From assembly GCA_050084515.1 (NCBI GenBank), contig CM114271.1, positions 47,306,001 to 47,370,000 of the forward strand: a stretch of 64,000 bases of DNA. Reading direction: 5' to 3'. Below the pieces are notes generated by a model that was given only the letters and a program-made list of their open reading frames with translations, was not told the origin of the DNA and searched no databases. The translations under genes were made by a program, and so were the position numbers. The stretch's first letter is position 1, and each line of letters starts with the position of its first letter. This DNA comes from Blasia pusilla. Its lineage: Eukaryota. This document shows positions 1 through 11,640 of this stretch, piece after piece.

Positions 1-1326
1 GCGTCTCAGACGTGCTATAACCTCTCTATGACCGGCCTTTCCCCCCGAGTGTAACGAAGACACCATCGTGGAAGGAGAAGTAGTAGGTACCACGAGAGCT
101 CATCCATAGGATCAAGGGCGATCCTAGCGAGGGGAAGGAGGAATGCGTGGCGGAGGTCGTCCCCGAATAGCATGGGGATCCTATGAAACAACCTCGGCAG
201 GGAAAACGGGTCTCGAAGAGACCTATAATCTGCCCTGGTGGGACCTCAACCACTCCCATGCCTCGGGAGGGGGCGATGATGCGGGAAGCACCGGAGAGCA
301 TCCATGGTCGCATGAGGGACCACCCATCCAAATCTATCAAAGTCGGGATGTTTAGCCGCTAAGTGGTTCCAATTCTGAACAGTGAAGAATTCGGGACAAC
401 ATGGGCATTTAGTATCCGACTAGGCGACCCACGGGTCCCCACACGGGGAGCCAATGCGGTCGAGGCATGGATGCAACTCACCAAGAAGAGGATATGGCCC
501 CTCCAATAAAATCGTGCGACAATCCCCGTCAATAATGATCCTGTCATCCCCATTCGAACGAGCGGTCTGGCAAACCACTCTCTTCCGTCCACGGTAATGC
601 TCCCTCTAACATAAACTCTCACCTACCAACATCACCTAGGACTTCTAGTCCCAACCCCCTCCCAAAAATAAACTCATGAATACGTAGAGTTGCTAAGAGT
701 GTGAAAAGATCATGGGCCCTTCAAGATAAAATAGATGAGAAGAAAAGTGTATGTACGGGAAGGGTAACAAATACAAACGAGAATCGAACCAAAATGAGAA
801 GCACATACGACAAATACGACAAACAAGAAAGGACTTGGGAAAGGAGGGGAAGGGTGGGTGAATAGAGGACGTTACCTTAGGAAATTTCTCCAAATGACAA
901 TAAGCTAAACCCTAATATTCACATTTGGAACCCTAATATGAACCGAATTCTAAAAAGATGAATAAAAATAAAAATACTTCACGCCATGCAGCAAGGTCCG
1001 GATCAAAACGAAGCTCTCGTCACGCATGGGACTCGGTCAGCATGAGTTACACCCACAAACTATGTTGCGCTAAAAAGCAACGCTGTTCAGCTCGGGCTAG
1101 TACAAGACTACACCGAGCGAGCACGAGCGGGTGAGAAGTCGTCCATTCTCAGTCTCCCAAATATATAGATATACGCATATAATGGGGAGTGATAGATAGC
1201 GAGAAGAATATTCGTTTCTCGGAACACGAAGCGCTGGAATCGAGACACACGTGCGTGCAAATATTTCCACGCAGAGCTGTTCTGGAAACGGTCCAAAACG
1301 AGACACCCCAAGTCTGATTCTTTGTT

Positions 1327-1780
1327 GGGGAATGCCCCCTTCTTCCTTTTCTGGTCTTGTTGTGGCCTTCAGGTTTTGACTCCCCCTCTTTTGTACTTCC
1401 GATGGGTTTTCCATCACTCGTTTTTATCGAAGTGCATCTTTTCTTATTTTTTGTTGATCCATGGAAGAGAGAGCCGGGAGCTCCTGGCACACTCTCCCAA
1501 GGTCGTACAAGTGAACCGCTTTGCAACAACAAGGGGGCTACTTGGAGGGAGTGATCTAAGACTCTATTACTCTAAGACTTAAGATTCGAAGGCCGATTAA
1601 AGCACCGGAGGAGGTGTAAGGGGTGTAATAACCAGAGTGCGGCCGCTTTTAAGAAAACAAAGATGCACTTCGATAAAAACGAGTGATGGAAAACCCATCG
1701 GAAGTACAAAAGAGGGGGACTCAAAGAGTCAAAACCTGAAGGCCACAACACGACCAGAAAAGGAAGAAGGGGCATTCCCC
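1327..1780. repeat. Inverted repeat pair (~115 bp arms at 1327-1441 and 1659-1780); probable 3' ends of the adjacent non-LTR family in tail-to-tail orientation
   Basis: GGGGAATGCCCC...CGATGGGTTTTCCATCACTCGTTTTTATCGAAGTGCATCTT on + matches the reverse complement of 1659-1780 apart from a short indel and a few substitutions. A diverged third copy lies at ~36650-36725. Confidence 0.85.
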
Positions 1781-1819
1781 CTAACGATTTAAACTCACCA
1801 ACAAAGCAGAGACAATATC

Positions 1820-2620
1820 AAAGCAACAACAAGAGAGCTATGACTACTACTAAGTGGGCCTCTAGCGCGCGCGTCTCCCACACTGAGCCCGCCCGCAAAA
1901 TCCCATTAGCGTGGGCACGCTGCAACGCTATGGAGACCCGCGCCTGTCTGAATCGCAGAGCTAAGGACAACCCATTTCTCGAGTGGAGATGATGGGCGCA
2001 TCCGTAAGGAACAGTCGAACCTCTCCCCCATAGCCCCATACATCTCTATGGCCAGGGGATGAAGATGTGTCCTCGTGTAGTCGATTGTAGATATGTGTCT
2101 TCTTCGCCGCCGCCGCCGCCGCCGCTCTTGTAGCATTCGCCCTTGGGCCACCACTTGGGCTTTGCCTCCCCGTAGGATCTGTGACTACCACGCCCGCCAC
2201 AACCACCTCGGCCTCACGTGTCATGTAGAGATCGGCACGAATGAGGGAATCCCGCATGGAGTAGTGCTCTCTCTCTGCACATGGAAGCCTCTCCCGAGCA
2301 ATCTGAACATGATATCCCGCCTTTGCATCATGAGTGGCTATCCTCTCACCCCCAACTGGACAGCGTGCCAAATGCACACCAAGTGGATCCAGGCTCCGGC
2401 AACACTCGCAGTGTGTCGAACCAACCACCGATGGTTGGGGGAGGCCCAAACGGAACCGCATCGTTGTGGTATAGATAAGTGATGCGATACGGAAAGCCTG
2501 GAGAAGGCTTTTAAGAGGGCAAGGAAATTCACACACGTACGAGAAGAGATCCTGAATGGAGAATGGTGGGTGGAATCCACGTGGAGAGCCTGTATGAATA
2601 AGCTTCAAAGAGGATCGGAA
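1820..2620 (-). mobile_element. Degenerate non-LTR retrotransposon 3' part with CCHC knuckle and restriction-like endonuclease (RLE; CRE/R2-type)
   Basis: Minus-strand ORFs read RFRLGLP...CECCRSLDPLGVHLARCPVGGERIATHD...RADLY...VVVTDP...AAAAKK..Y, then PLAIEMYGAMG and RVSIALQRAHA..IL across frameshifts. This is the motif order of the RLE C-terminus of early-branching non-LTR elements. Confidence 0.75.
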
Positions 2621-3386
2621 ACCCGCACTCCGCAGTAGACGGGAGCAGTAGTCAGGCGCCTGAGAGATGGAGAGTACGTAGTACGTACCCCCCCCAGGTC
2701 CCTATCTTGAAGCAGCCTGCTGGCGGTGTAGGTCGATTCGAAGGACGGGACTCGCGGCTCGATTGCATGTAGTGTTGTGGTGGTGGATCTAGAAGTGTTT
2801 CAGCTTTGCCGTCGGGGTGCTGGAGGACGGGCTTCCTGTTTCTCTGTTATTTGGAAGTGTCTGAAGTGAGGGGGGGTGCCGAAGGACGGTTTCCCTGTTC
2901 TTCTGAGATGTGGGTTGCGGAATCGATGGAAAGCGCGCACTAACGTGGCTGGTTGCTTTGTAGTCAACCCCCATCCTCTCATTGAGAACTCCGCAGCTCG
3001 TTCCATCGCCGAGTGGCACGGCATCCACGCGCCGCGCCGTCACAGAACTTGCGGAGGGAAATCCATCGTCTGGCAGAAAGCTTCCATCTGCACTTCAAGG
3101 CCTGGGTGCATCTGTGACTGCACCCGAGCAAGCAGCCGGAGCGGTAGCGGCGACGTGTCTGTAATTTTGTGGAGTTGACATAGTTGTTTTCATGGACTTC
3201 GGGACCTGTACAGTCTTAGCTCGTCATCCCCCTTCAACTTGTCTTGAGAGTTTCGGGTGCTGACACTGCCTCTTATGTCCGTGTTGAGAGTTGGAGCAGT
3301 TTGTAGGTAGCAATTCGATGATAGAGCGTGCTTAAGCCCTGCGTTCCTTGCTTTAGTGAAATCTCTGTTGGAGCATATCCGTCAAA

Positions 3387-6300
3387 ATGGAGAGTGATCC
3401 GCATTTCATCATCCATTCGAAGAAAACCAGCGATGAGGCTTTGCTGGCTTGGCGGCAATTAGCTCTGTGCCTCAATTTCCGACGCCGACTCCGCTATACG
3501 CAAGACCTCCGAATCAAGAAAAAGCGTCAGGAGGTGCACTATCTTGTCTATCCCACTGGATGTCAATGTCGAATGACTTCGTGCTCTGGTTGCGCCCGTG
3601 GTTGGTTCTCAGGGCTTCTAGTCTTCGCCGGCCCTGGTTAAGCCTACCTTAATGCATTCCGAGGTTAGCGGCGGCCGACATGCGGAAGAGTACGGATCAT
3701 ACGCCCGTTGAACTCAGCATGTCCACCGTCTGCTTGGTGTTGGGCCAATGAATGTGGCGCCCGTGAGATACGATAGGTCCTCTCGAGCCTTCACGGAGAG
3801 AGAATGAACGAACTTCAGGCCATGGGAAGTCTGCAGGTCTATGGAACCCTTTCGATATGTGTCTGAATGACATTGCGTTTGACCCGTATCTTCCCATCCA
3901 GATTTTCAAACATTTTTGCTTGAGTTCCCAGGAAGAAAATTGTGTCTCACTCAGGTGTTGGTTTTTTATCCGAGTCTTTAGAAGGGAGCACAACCAGGTT
4001 GCACACACTTGAAAGGCATACAAACGTTCTCCCTGCCAAACATGGCTCATCCACGCCTGGGTAGGGATGCTCCTTCCCTTGGGTTGAGACCGCTCGCTAA
4101 TGTCCGCAACGGGCATCGAATTTGTCACGTCTTACATGAGAGGTTCCGGAAAGAATGCAGCTACACCTGTTGGCAATATACCGAAGTTCCAGACGAAAGA
4201 CTCTCTTCTTTCGTGCAGGGTCTTTCAACTGATTTTTTATTGTCATGTCTTTTCCACTGTATAGAGGCGCGTCATGGAGGTTCTTTCATCTGGAGCTCAG
4301 AATTAGTGGTTTATTCTTCTGTCCTCGCGGACGGACGTAATGCGTCTTTGATCATCATGTCGTTTGCGCATCTTCATGGTGCCTACTGTGAGTCTTGGAG
4401 ACCCGCGACTCTGATGGGACTTCTAACACCAATACTATGTTCTGGATTGGCCTCAGAGACTCAGAGCGAAAATGAGAGGTGCTGGGTATGTGATAAGGGC
4501 AGCCTTTCTTTTACTCGGCGGTAAATTTCTAGCTCCGTCCCCAGCGTTTGTAAGCTATTCCAGACAGTATCCTGTCGTCCTGTGGGACTCGTATGCGTCG
4601 TTGTTTGGATTTTCAGAGAGTGACGGTTGGAGAAATTTCTCTGCGGTGCATGCTGCGCAATGATAAGTTTCAAGAATCATGTTTGGTTCAGCATCTGTAA
4701 GAAGCGGATGGGTACTTTCGATTTGAAAACTCCTATGCAATTAATTAGCTATGACTGTTTCTGTTGCAATCAGAGTGTGCTGAGAGCTTATTTCGGGTGG
4801 TCTGGCAGGCCTGAATGAGACGGAAAGCTCGTCTGGTCCGACTAGCTCGACTAATTTACCAGATGTACCGGAGCCTCCTTCCCAGCGTGTCGATGAGGCG
4901 CGCACGAAGGCTCATGGTAAGGGCTTCGGAATCGACGCTGTCAGCCTCGCACACATGGTGGAGAACTCCGACAAAGCCTTACTGAAACGCCACAATGGTC
5001 CATCTGGCGTAGCGTCAAATCTGAAGACCGATGTCAAGAAGGGCATAAGCGGCGATGAGGCCGACATTGCAACTCGACAGGAGATCTACGGAACCAACAC
5101 CTACACCGAGAAGCCTCCGAAAGGGTTTTTCGTCTTCGTTTGGGAAGCAATGCACGATCTAACGTTGATCATCTTGGCAGTCTGTGCATTAGTCTCTCTA
5201 GGAGTTGGAATTGCCACTGAAGGTCTCAGTGAAGGTTGGTATGATGGCGCTGGGATAGCTTTGAGTATCTGTCTCGTGGTCATGGTGACGGCTGCGAGTG
5301 ACTACCAACAGTCCCTCCAATTTCGCGACCTTGATACCGAAAAGAAGAAAATATTCATACAAGTGACCCGCAATGATTCCCGGATGAAAGTGTCCATCTT
5401 CGATATTGTCGTCGGAGAGATTGTACATTTGAATGTCGGCGACCAAATTCCTGCAGACGGGCTTCTTTTGGAAGGATACGACATGATTATTGATGAGTCC
5501 TGTATGACCGGTGAAAGCGATCCCTCGCACAAATCTCCTCAAGCCCATCCTTTTCTTCTCTCGGGAACCAAAGTTCAGGATGGTTACGGGATCATGTTGG
5601 TCACTGGGGTCGGAATGAATACCGAATGGGGCCATTTGATGTCAACTCTGGGTCAAGACGAGGACTCCGAAACACCCTTGCAGGTGAAGCTGAATGGTCT
5701 GGCGACGTCCATCGGGAAGTTGGGGTTGTTTGCTGCAGTTCTCACCTTCCTAGTGCTCTTGGTACGGTACCTGATAGGGAAGAGTGGAGCAGAAGGTCTC
5801 CTGGTCTGGGATGGCCAGGATGCAATTGCTATTGTCAATATTTTCGCAATAGCCGTCACCATTATCGTGGTGGCCGTCCCCGAAGGTCTTCCACTGGCAG
5901 TGACCTTAACGCTTGCGTTCGCAATGAAGAAAATGATGAGCGACAAAGCCCTTGTCCGCCATTTAGCCGCTTGTGAGACTATGGGATCCTCTACCACTAT
6001 TTGCAGCGACAAGACAGGAACATTGACGACCAACCAGATGGTTGTCACCAAGGCATGGGTGGCCGGACGATTGGGTGACGCCAATAGCTTCAAGAATAAT
6101 CTAGCAGGTTCCGTACATCAAATTCTCATGGAAAGCATTTTCTTCAACACGAGTGGCGACGTTGGGAAGGTTGGTGCAGATGGCAAGTCCGAGCTCATCG
6201 GGTCACCCACAGAGACGGCAGTTTTAAGATTTGGAGTAGACCTGGGAGGGCATTTTCATAGCGTACGTTCCAAATGTGAGGTCGTGAAGGTTAATCCTTT

Positions 6301-9070
6301 CAACTCAGCACGGAAGCGAATGGGAATCCTTTTGAAGACACAGGCGGACGGTGCTCACATTGAACGAGCACACTGGAAGGGCGCCTCTGAAATTGTTCTG
6401 GATATGTGTGACAAAGTTATGACCAAAGATGGAGAAATTATCCCAATGGACGATGACAAAAGTCGAGAGCTCAAAAGAATCATCAATACTTTCGCTAATG
6501 AAGCACTGAGGACCTTGTGCTTAGCTTACAAGCAAATAGAACATCGTGAGGGTTCTGAAATTCCAGACTGTCACTGTGTTTGTGTTGCAATCGTGGGAAT
6601 CAAAGATCCAGTCCGACCGGGGGTCCCAGAAGCTGTGAACCTCTGCTTCCGAGCTGGGATTGTTGTTAGGATGGTTACAGGAGATAATATCGACACAGCA
6701 AAGGCTATAGCACGTGAGTGTGGAATACTGACTCACGGAGAGGCTGTCGAGGGTCCAGACTTCAGGAACTGGGACTCTGATGAAAGAAAGCGGCGTGTTC
6801 CGAATCTGCAGGTGCATATTCTGAATCTGCTGGTGGTCTTGAATCATCATGTCGTAAGCCACTATTTTTGGTTTCCTAGTTTAGTCCCGAAAACGGTTTT
6901 GATACAAAACCGTTTTCAGATTGTATATCAGACCATGATGTTTTCATCAACTCCTGAAAGATTCACCTTCGCATGAGCTAGCAATTGTCTAACGTAGAGA
7001 ACTGGTTGGTGTAGGTTATGGCTCGATCCTCACCAACAGATAAGTATGACTTAGTGAGGGAATTACAAGCATTGGGAGAAGTTGTAGCTGTCACAGGTGA
7101 TGGAACAAACGATGCCCCTGCTCTACACGAGGCGGATATTGGAATGGCCATGGGGATTGCTGGCACCGAGGTAGATTCTACATCTGAGTTGTGTCCATTT
7201 CCTGGCCAGGACTTCTGAATATTTTAGTCTCAAGAAGAGTGTATTATGTGTTGTCTAACCTAGGGTGCTACGATGTGATATTACAACTGGTACTTCAGAC
7301 GACAATGTTCTACACACAGTTTGATATTTTATTAACTGTGTGTGCTCGATTGTTCAACTTAATTTAGAAATTCGTACGCTTTGAATTTTCCAATGTGAAC
7401 GCAGACCTCTTTCATCAATTTCATGATCTAATCGCTTATCATCTCATTTTTGACCAATTTTGGTTTTTTGTTGCAAGCAAAAGTCAAGACAGTTCCAGTA
7501 TTTTTATGAAGTGAATTAGAACGAATTGTGTCCTTGAAAGGGTGTTATAGGAGAGAGGTTTGTATTTTTTGTGAAACCATTCATATACATTCGTTGACAA
7601 GTGATCTGAAACTGTGAATGCAGGTGGCAAAGGAGAGTGCGGATGTCATCATTATGGACGACAATTTTAACACGATTGTTGTTGTGGCCAAATGGGGTCG
7701 TGCAGTGTACACCAATATTCAGAAATTTGTGCAGTTCCAGCTTACTGTGAACTTGGTGGCACTGGTCATCAATTTTGTATCTGCTTGTGTCACCGGTGAG
7801 TACCATCTCTGACCTCTATACTAATGTACAGCAGATCTCCAGAAACCAAGACACACTTGGCCAGATGGTGCTTGTAGTAAGAATTGAGTGGACTGCAGCA
7901 GTTTTTGTGATTGTTTGGAAGCTCTTGAAACACCAGTGGGTGCCAAGATCAGAAAGAGTAGTAGTATTATAAATGCACTTGAACGAAAAATTCTCTTCAG
8001 TGACTGGTGGATTATGTTCTCCTTTCACCAAGTATGTGGCCATGTATAGATACCCTACACAAGCACTGGTATTTCTGAAATAGTTTTAAAAATCTGTTCT
8101 GGTGTCCCCAGGTGATGCTCCACTCACTGCTGTGCAACTCCTGTGGGTGAATCTGATCATGGATACTCTTGGTGCCTTGGCTCTAGCCACTGAACCTCCA
8201 CATGATGACCTAATGAAGAGACCCTCGACAGGACGGAAGTCGAAGTTCATCACGAACATCATGTGGCGGAATGTGATAGGACAGGTCATCTATCAGCTGA
8301 TAGTTCTTGGACTTTTACAGTACAAAGGAAAGGACATATTTGAAGATTACATCAAGGGCGATGAGCAGCACCGGGACTTGGTCTTAAACACGATGATTTT
8401 CAATGCTTTCGTCTTCTGCCAGGTGAGCAAATCTTTAGTGGATTTGCACTGAGACTTGCTGGTCTTGATGGAAAAGGATTAGAGTTTTTATTTTATTTTT
8501 TCTTTCTACCTAGTCTGAGTAAGATCTGCTATCCAAATCCGTTCCTTGATCGTTGTTAGCAGCTCTCCGTGGGATGACAGTGTGTGGCAGGGAGATTCAT
8601 AGATTTGTTGTTTCTTTATGAACCCACATTCCAAGTCTTAAATTGTGGAATCTGGGTACGGTTTTAACATCAAAGGTTACAACAGAAATGACTTGAAAAA
8701 ACTTGAATAATGATGTAACACTTGCTCTTATCTGCAGGTCTTCAATGAAATGAATGCGAGGGAAATGGAGAAGTTCAATATATTTGCCCACACATTTGAT
8801 AATTGGGTGTTCTTACTTGTCATCAGTTGCACTGTGGTCTTCCAGTGGATTATGGTGGCTTTCTTGGGGAAGTTGGCAAATACAACACCTCTAGACAGGT
8901 ATCAATGGCTGATTACTGTTGGAATAGGATCTGTGAGCCTCATCGTGGCGGTTGTGATCAAATGCATCCCTGTACCACCGGAGCAGTTACACACATCTGA
9001 ACTACCTGCAGATGTTAACTACAATGGATATCAGGTTCTCCCTTCTGAACCTGCACCTTCAGAAGCGTAA
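3387..9070 (+). CDS. ACA: Autoinhibited P2B-type Ca2+-transporting ATPase (ACA family, ACA1/2/4/11-like 7-exon structure). Exons 3387-3533, 4457-4520, 4809-6811, 7015-7170, 7624-7795, 8112-8422, 8738-9070
   Basis: N-terminal CaM-binding/autoinhibitory motif [20 protein letters not shown] + [15 protein letters not shown]. Core motifs [25 protein letters not shown] (phospho-Asp), [42 protein letters not shown]. All introns are GT-AG and phases join in frame. Confidence 0.96.
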
Positions 9071-9129
9071 CTGCCCCCTCCAAATCCTGTCACATTCAGT
9101 ATCCGATGGGAGTTGGAAATGGTGCATAC

Positions 9130-9720
9130 ATTTTTGTACGAGGTCATCAGCCTGTGGGGGAACTATGCAAATGTGTGTGCATAGGAAACAAAGGGTGGGC
9201 TGCTGTGTTTACTTTGGGAAGTTCCCAGAGCCTCTACAACCTATTGTATCAGTAGGTCCGCCAGTGCCAAAAGGAAGGGTGCATGTGGAGCAATCTGGAG
9301 TGGAGGTAGCGAAACAGTCACGTCAAGTTCCACTCGAGAACTGAACAATCTGCAGAACAAATCCCGTAAGAATATTGCTCTCAACTGCTACAAGGAAAGG
9401 GCTAAGCATGGTGGCAGTCTGTGAGCAACTTCAAGCTCTTCGGTTTGGAATCACCTATGTGTAGCAAGCTAATGGCCAAGGCGCTCACTGCCTGGTCACC
9501 CAAGGTCCTTTGGGATGCTGTTTGAGCAGCCAAACTTGTGTTGCAAGTTTGGCAAAAATGTGTAAAGCTCATACACACCCAAACCCTAAACCCGAAACCC
9601 TTCAAACTCACTTCCAAGGTTGCCATGAGCATGGAAGTTGATTTGATCCCTAGGCCACCCGCCCTGAAATTTGCAGGCATCACACTAGTGCCCTCTGTAT
9701 TTTTTCAGAAGATGGTGTAG
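9130..9720 (-). mobile_element. Possible highly decayed RLE-type non-LTR fragment
   Basis: Minus-strand peptide MPANFRAGGLGIKS resembles the post-RT LPxRxGGLG motif, followed by stop-riddled Cys-rich sequence. Weak evidence. Confidence 0.3.
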
Positions 9721-11350
9721 AAGCCTTTCCTACTGTTTCTGTTAACAGCCGACTCCGTTGCCAACTACGGAGTTAACCCTAAACCTAATCCTTGTCCCCC
9801 ACATCCCCTAACCTTGAGTTCGCTTGGGTATTTTAATCGAGATCTGAACACGAGTAGTAGATTGTAAGGCAATGAGTAGATTGAGTGACTCAACAGAACA
9901 AACCATTCAGCCTCCAGCAAATATCGAATAGTGAGGAAATTTGCATTTGCAGTTAGTTTTCTTGTACACAAGACAGACACCTAAACAAACCAGTATCTTT
10001 GCTCTTGATGAGCTGATATTTTGTGAAGGGGCATCTTAGTTGCCACACCTAGGTGGGAACGACCAGATGATCGGATGCACATGTCTCATTTCCAGGATGT
10101 TGGAATGTCAAATCTTATCTGAATTTAAATTCTTGCAACCACATATCTGATCCAGATAATTGTCACAATCTCAGAGAAAGCAGTATGGGTCAAATCTTAT
10201 CTGAATTTAAAGTTTTGCCAATGTACATCCGAGCTAAATAATGGCAGTCCCACTGGGAAAACAGCATGGGAGTACGTCAAACTCGTCTACATCTGATCTG
10301 TAACTGCCTTGGTGTCAGCTTGCACCAGTAGCTTCTGCTGCACATATTGGATCACACGTCATGAGAAACTACTCAATTTGACTCGAAAGTCTCCAAATGA
10401 AGTGGCTTGAATTTTGTGAAATGTGTGACACGCAAGAAATGGGCCAGTCTAAAGAGCAGGTGGCGTGGTTGTTAAAGGCAAGGCAGTAGCTGGTCCTCAA
10501 AGCTACAAATGCACTGGCAGAGATCTTTCCACTCTCCACATCACATGTGCTTTGCAGGCAATTGTAGCTCGGCCCTAAAGTGGCATCGTGAGTCCGTAAG
10601 AAATTCCTTGGTACCGTAGATCTTCAACGTCCTTCACAGGATTGTCACCACTCGAGGGCATGGTTTCTATTCGCTGAGTGAAACTTTTCTCTAGAGATGG
10701 CCTAAATTTTTTGTTTTGGACCTTGTTCGTTAAAAGGAATGGAATAATGTTGAGTTTACTTTGAAAATGGTAGAGAAAGGTTTGGTGAAAAGAATGAGAA
10801 CGTATTTGAAAACTAGCATGTGTGAAGAACGATCACATTGGAATGTGGCGAGGGGAAAGGCCTAATTGTATACTATCTTAAATATTATTCAGTTTGAAAT
10901 GTGGGTTCTAATCCCATCCTTTTTTCTTTTAATTATCATAATATATAAAACACATTTTTTATTATCACACGAATGGATAATAGAAGTGTGAGTGTAAAAG
11001 AAAAGAAGAAAATAGATTAAGTTTTAGAGGAAAAATTTGTGAAATTTTGAAAAATAACATGATGAAAATTGTTCATTTAAGAGAACCTTAATTGGGACCC
11101 TTCCTTCCGGACAGAGCACGAGTTTAACTTTAGGGAAAATTTTAATAACATAATGGGGATGATATATACTATTACCTAAGGGTGGAGATAACAAATGTAA
11201 AGAATAAATACCATGTTTAGAAAAAAAATTGGTTTGTCCTTTTAAAAAATGTTTTTGACAAATTTCCTCATTAATAAAAGAACATTTATCTTCTATCCAA
11301 TTTCATGCAACCCACATGCCATTAAAGTAGTAGTTGAGAGGAGGATAATC

Positions 11351-11640
11351 ATAGTGCCATTATAGGGTTGTAGGGTCATATTTTTAAAATGGATGCTCTT
11401 TTCATTAAATGGGGGAACCCCTTGCTTTAACTTCCTCTATTGGAAGAGTTTTAACAATTATTATTATTATTAATGTTTTAGTAATCATTTATTTTAAATT
11501 ATTATTTCTCAATTAGAGGTAGTCAAACAACCCTACGATGGCACTATAATATAATAATAATAATAATAATAATAACAAAGTTGTTAAAACTCTTCTTATA
11601 GAGGAAGTTAAAGCAAGGGATTTCCCCATTTAATGAAAAG
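11351..11640. repeat. Two interleaved inverted-repeat pairs plus (AAT)n in AT-rich DNA; MITE-like debris
   Basis: 11351-11371 is the reverse complement of 11527-11547. 11398-11457 is the reverse complement of 11581-11640 with a few mismatches. Confidence 0.7.

Noticed and set aside
1..900. Possible retroelement remnant at window start
   Set aside because: Composition is TE-like but no diagnostic motif or in-window repeat match was found.
2105..2124. (GCC)n microsatellite giving poly-Arg ORFs
   Set aside because: It encodes the poly-Ala stretch of the RLE retroelement frame; the other frames are artefacts.
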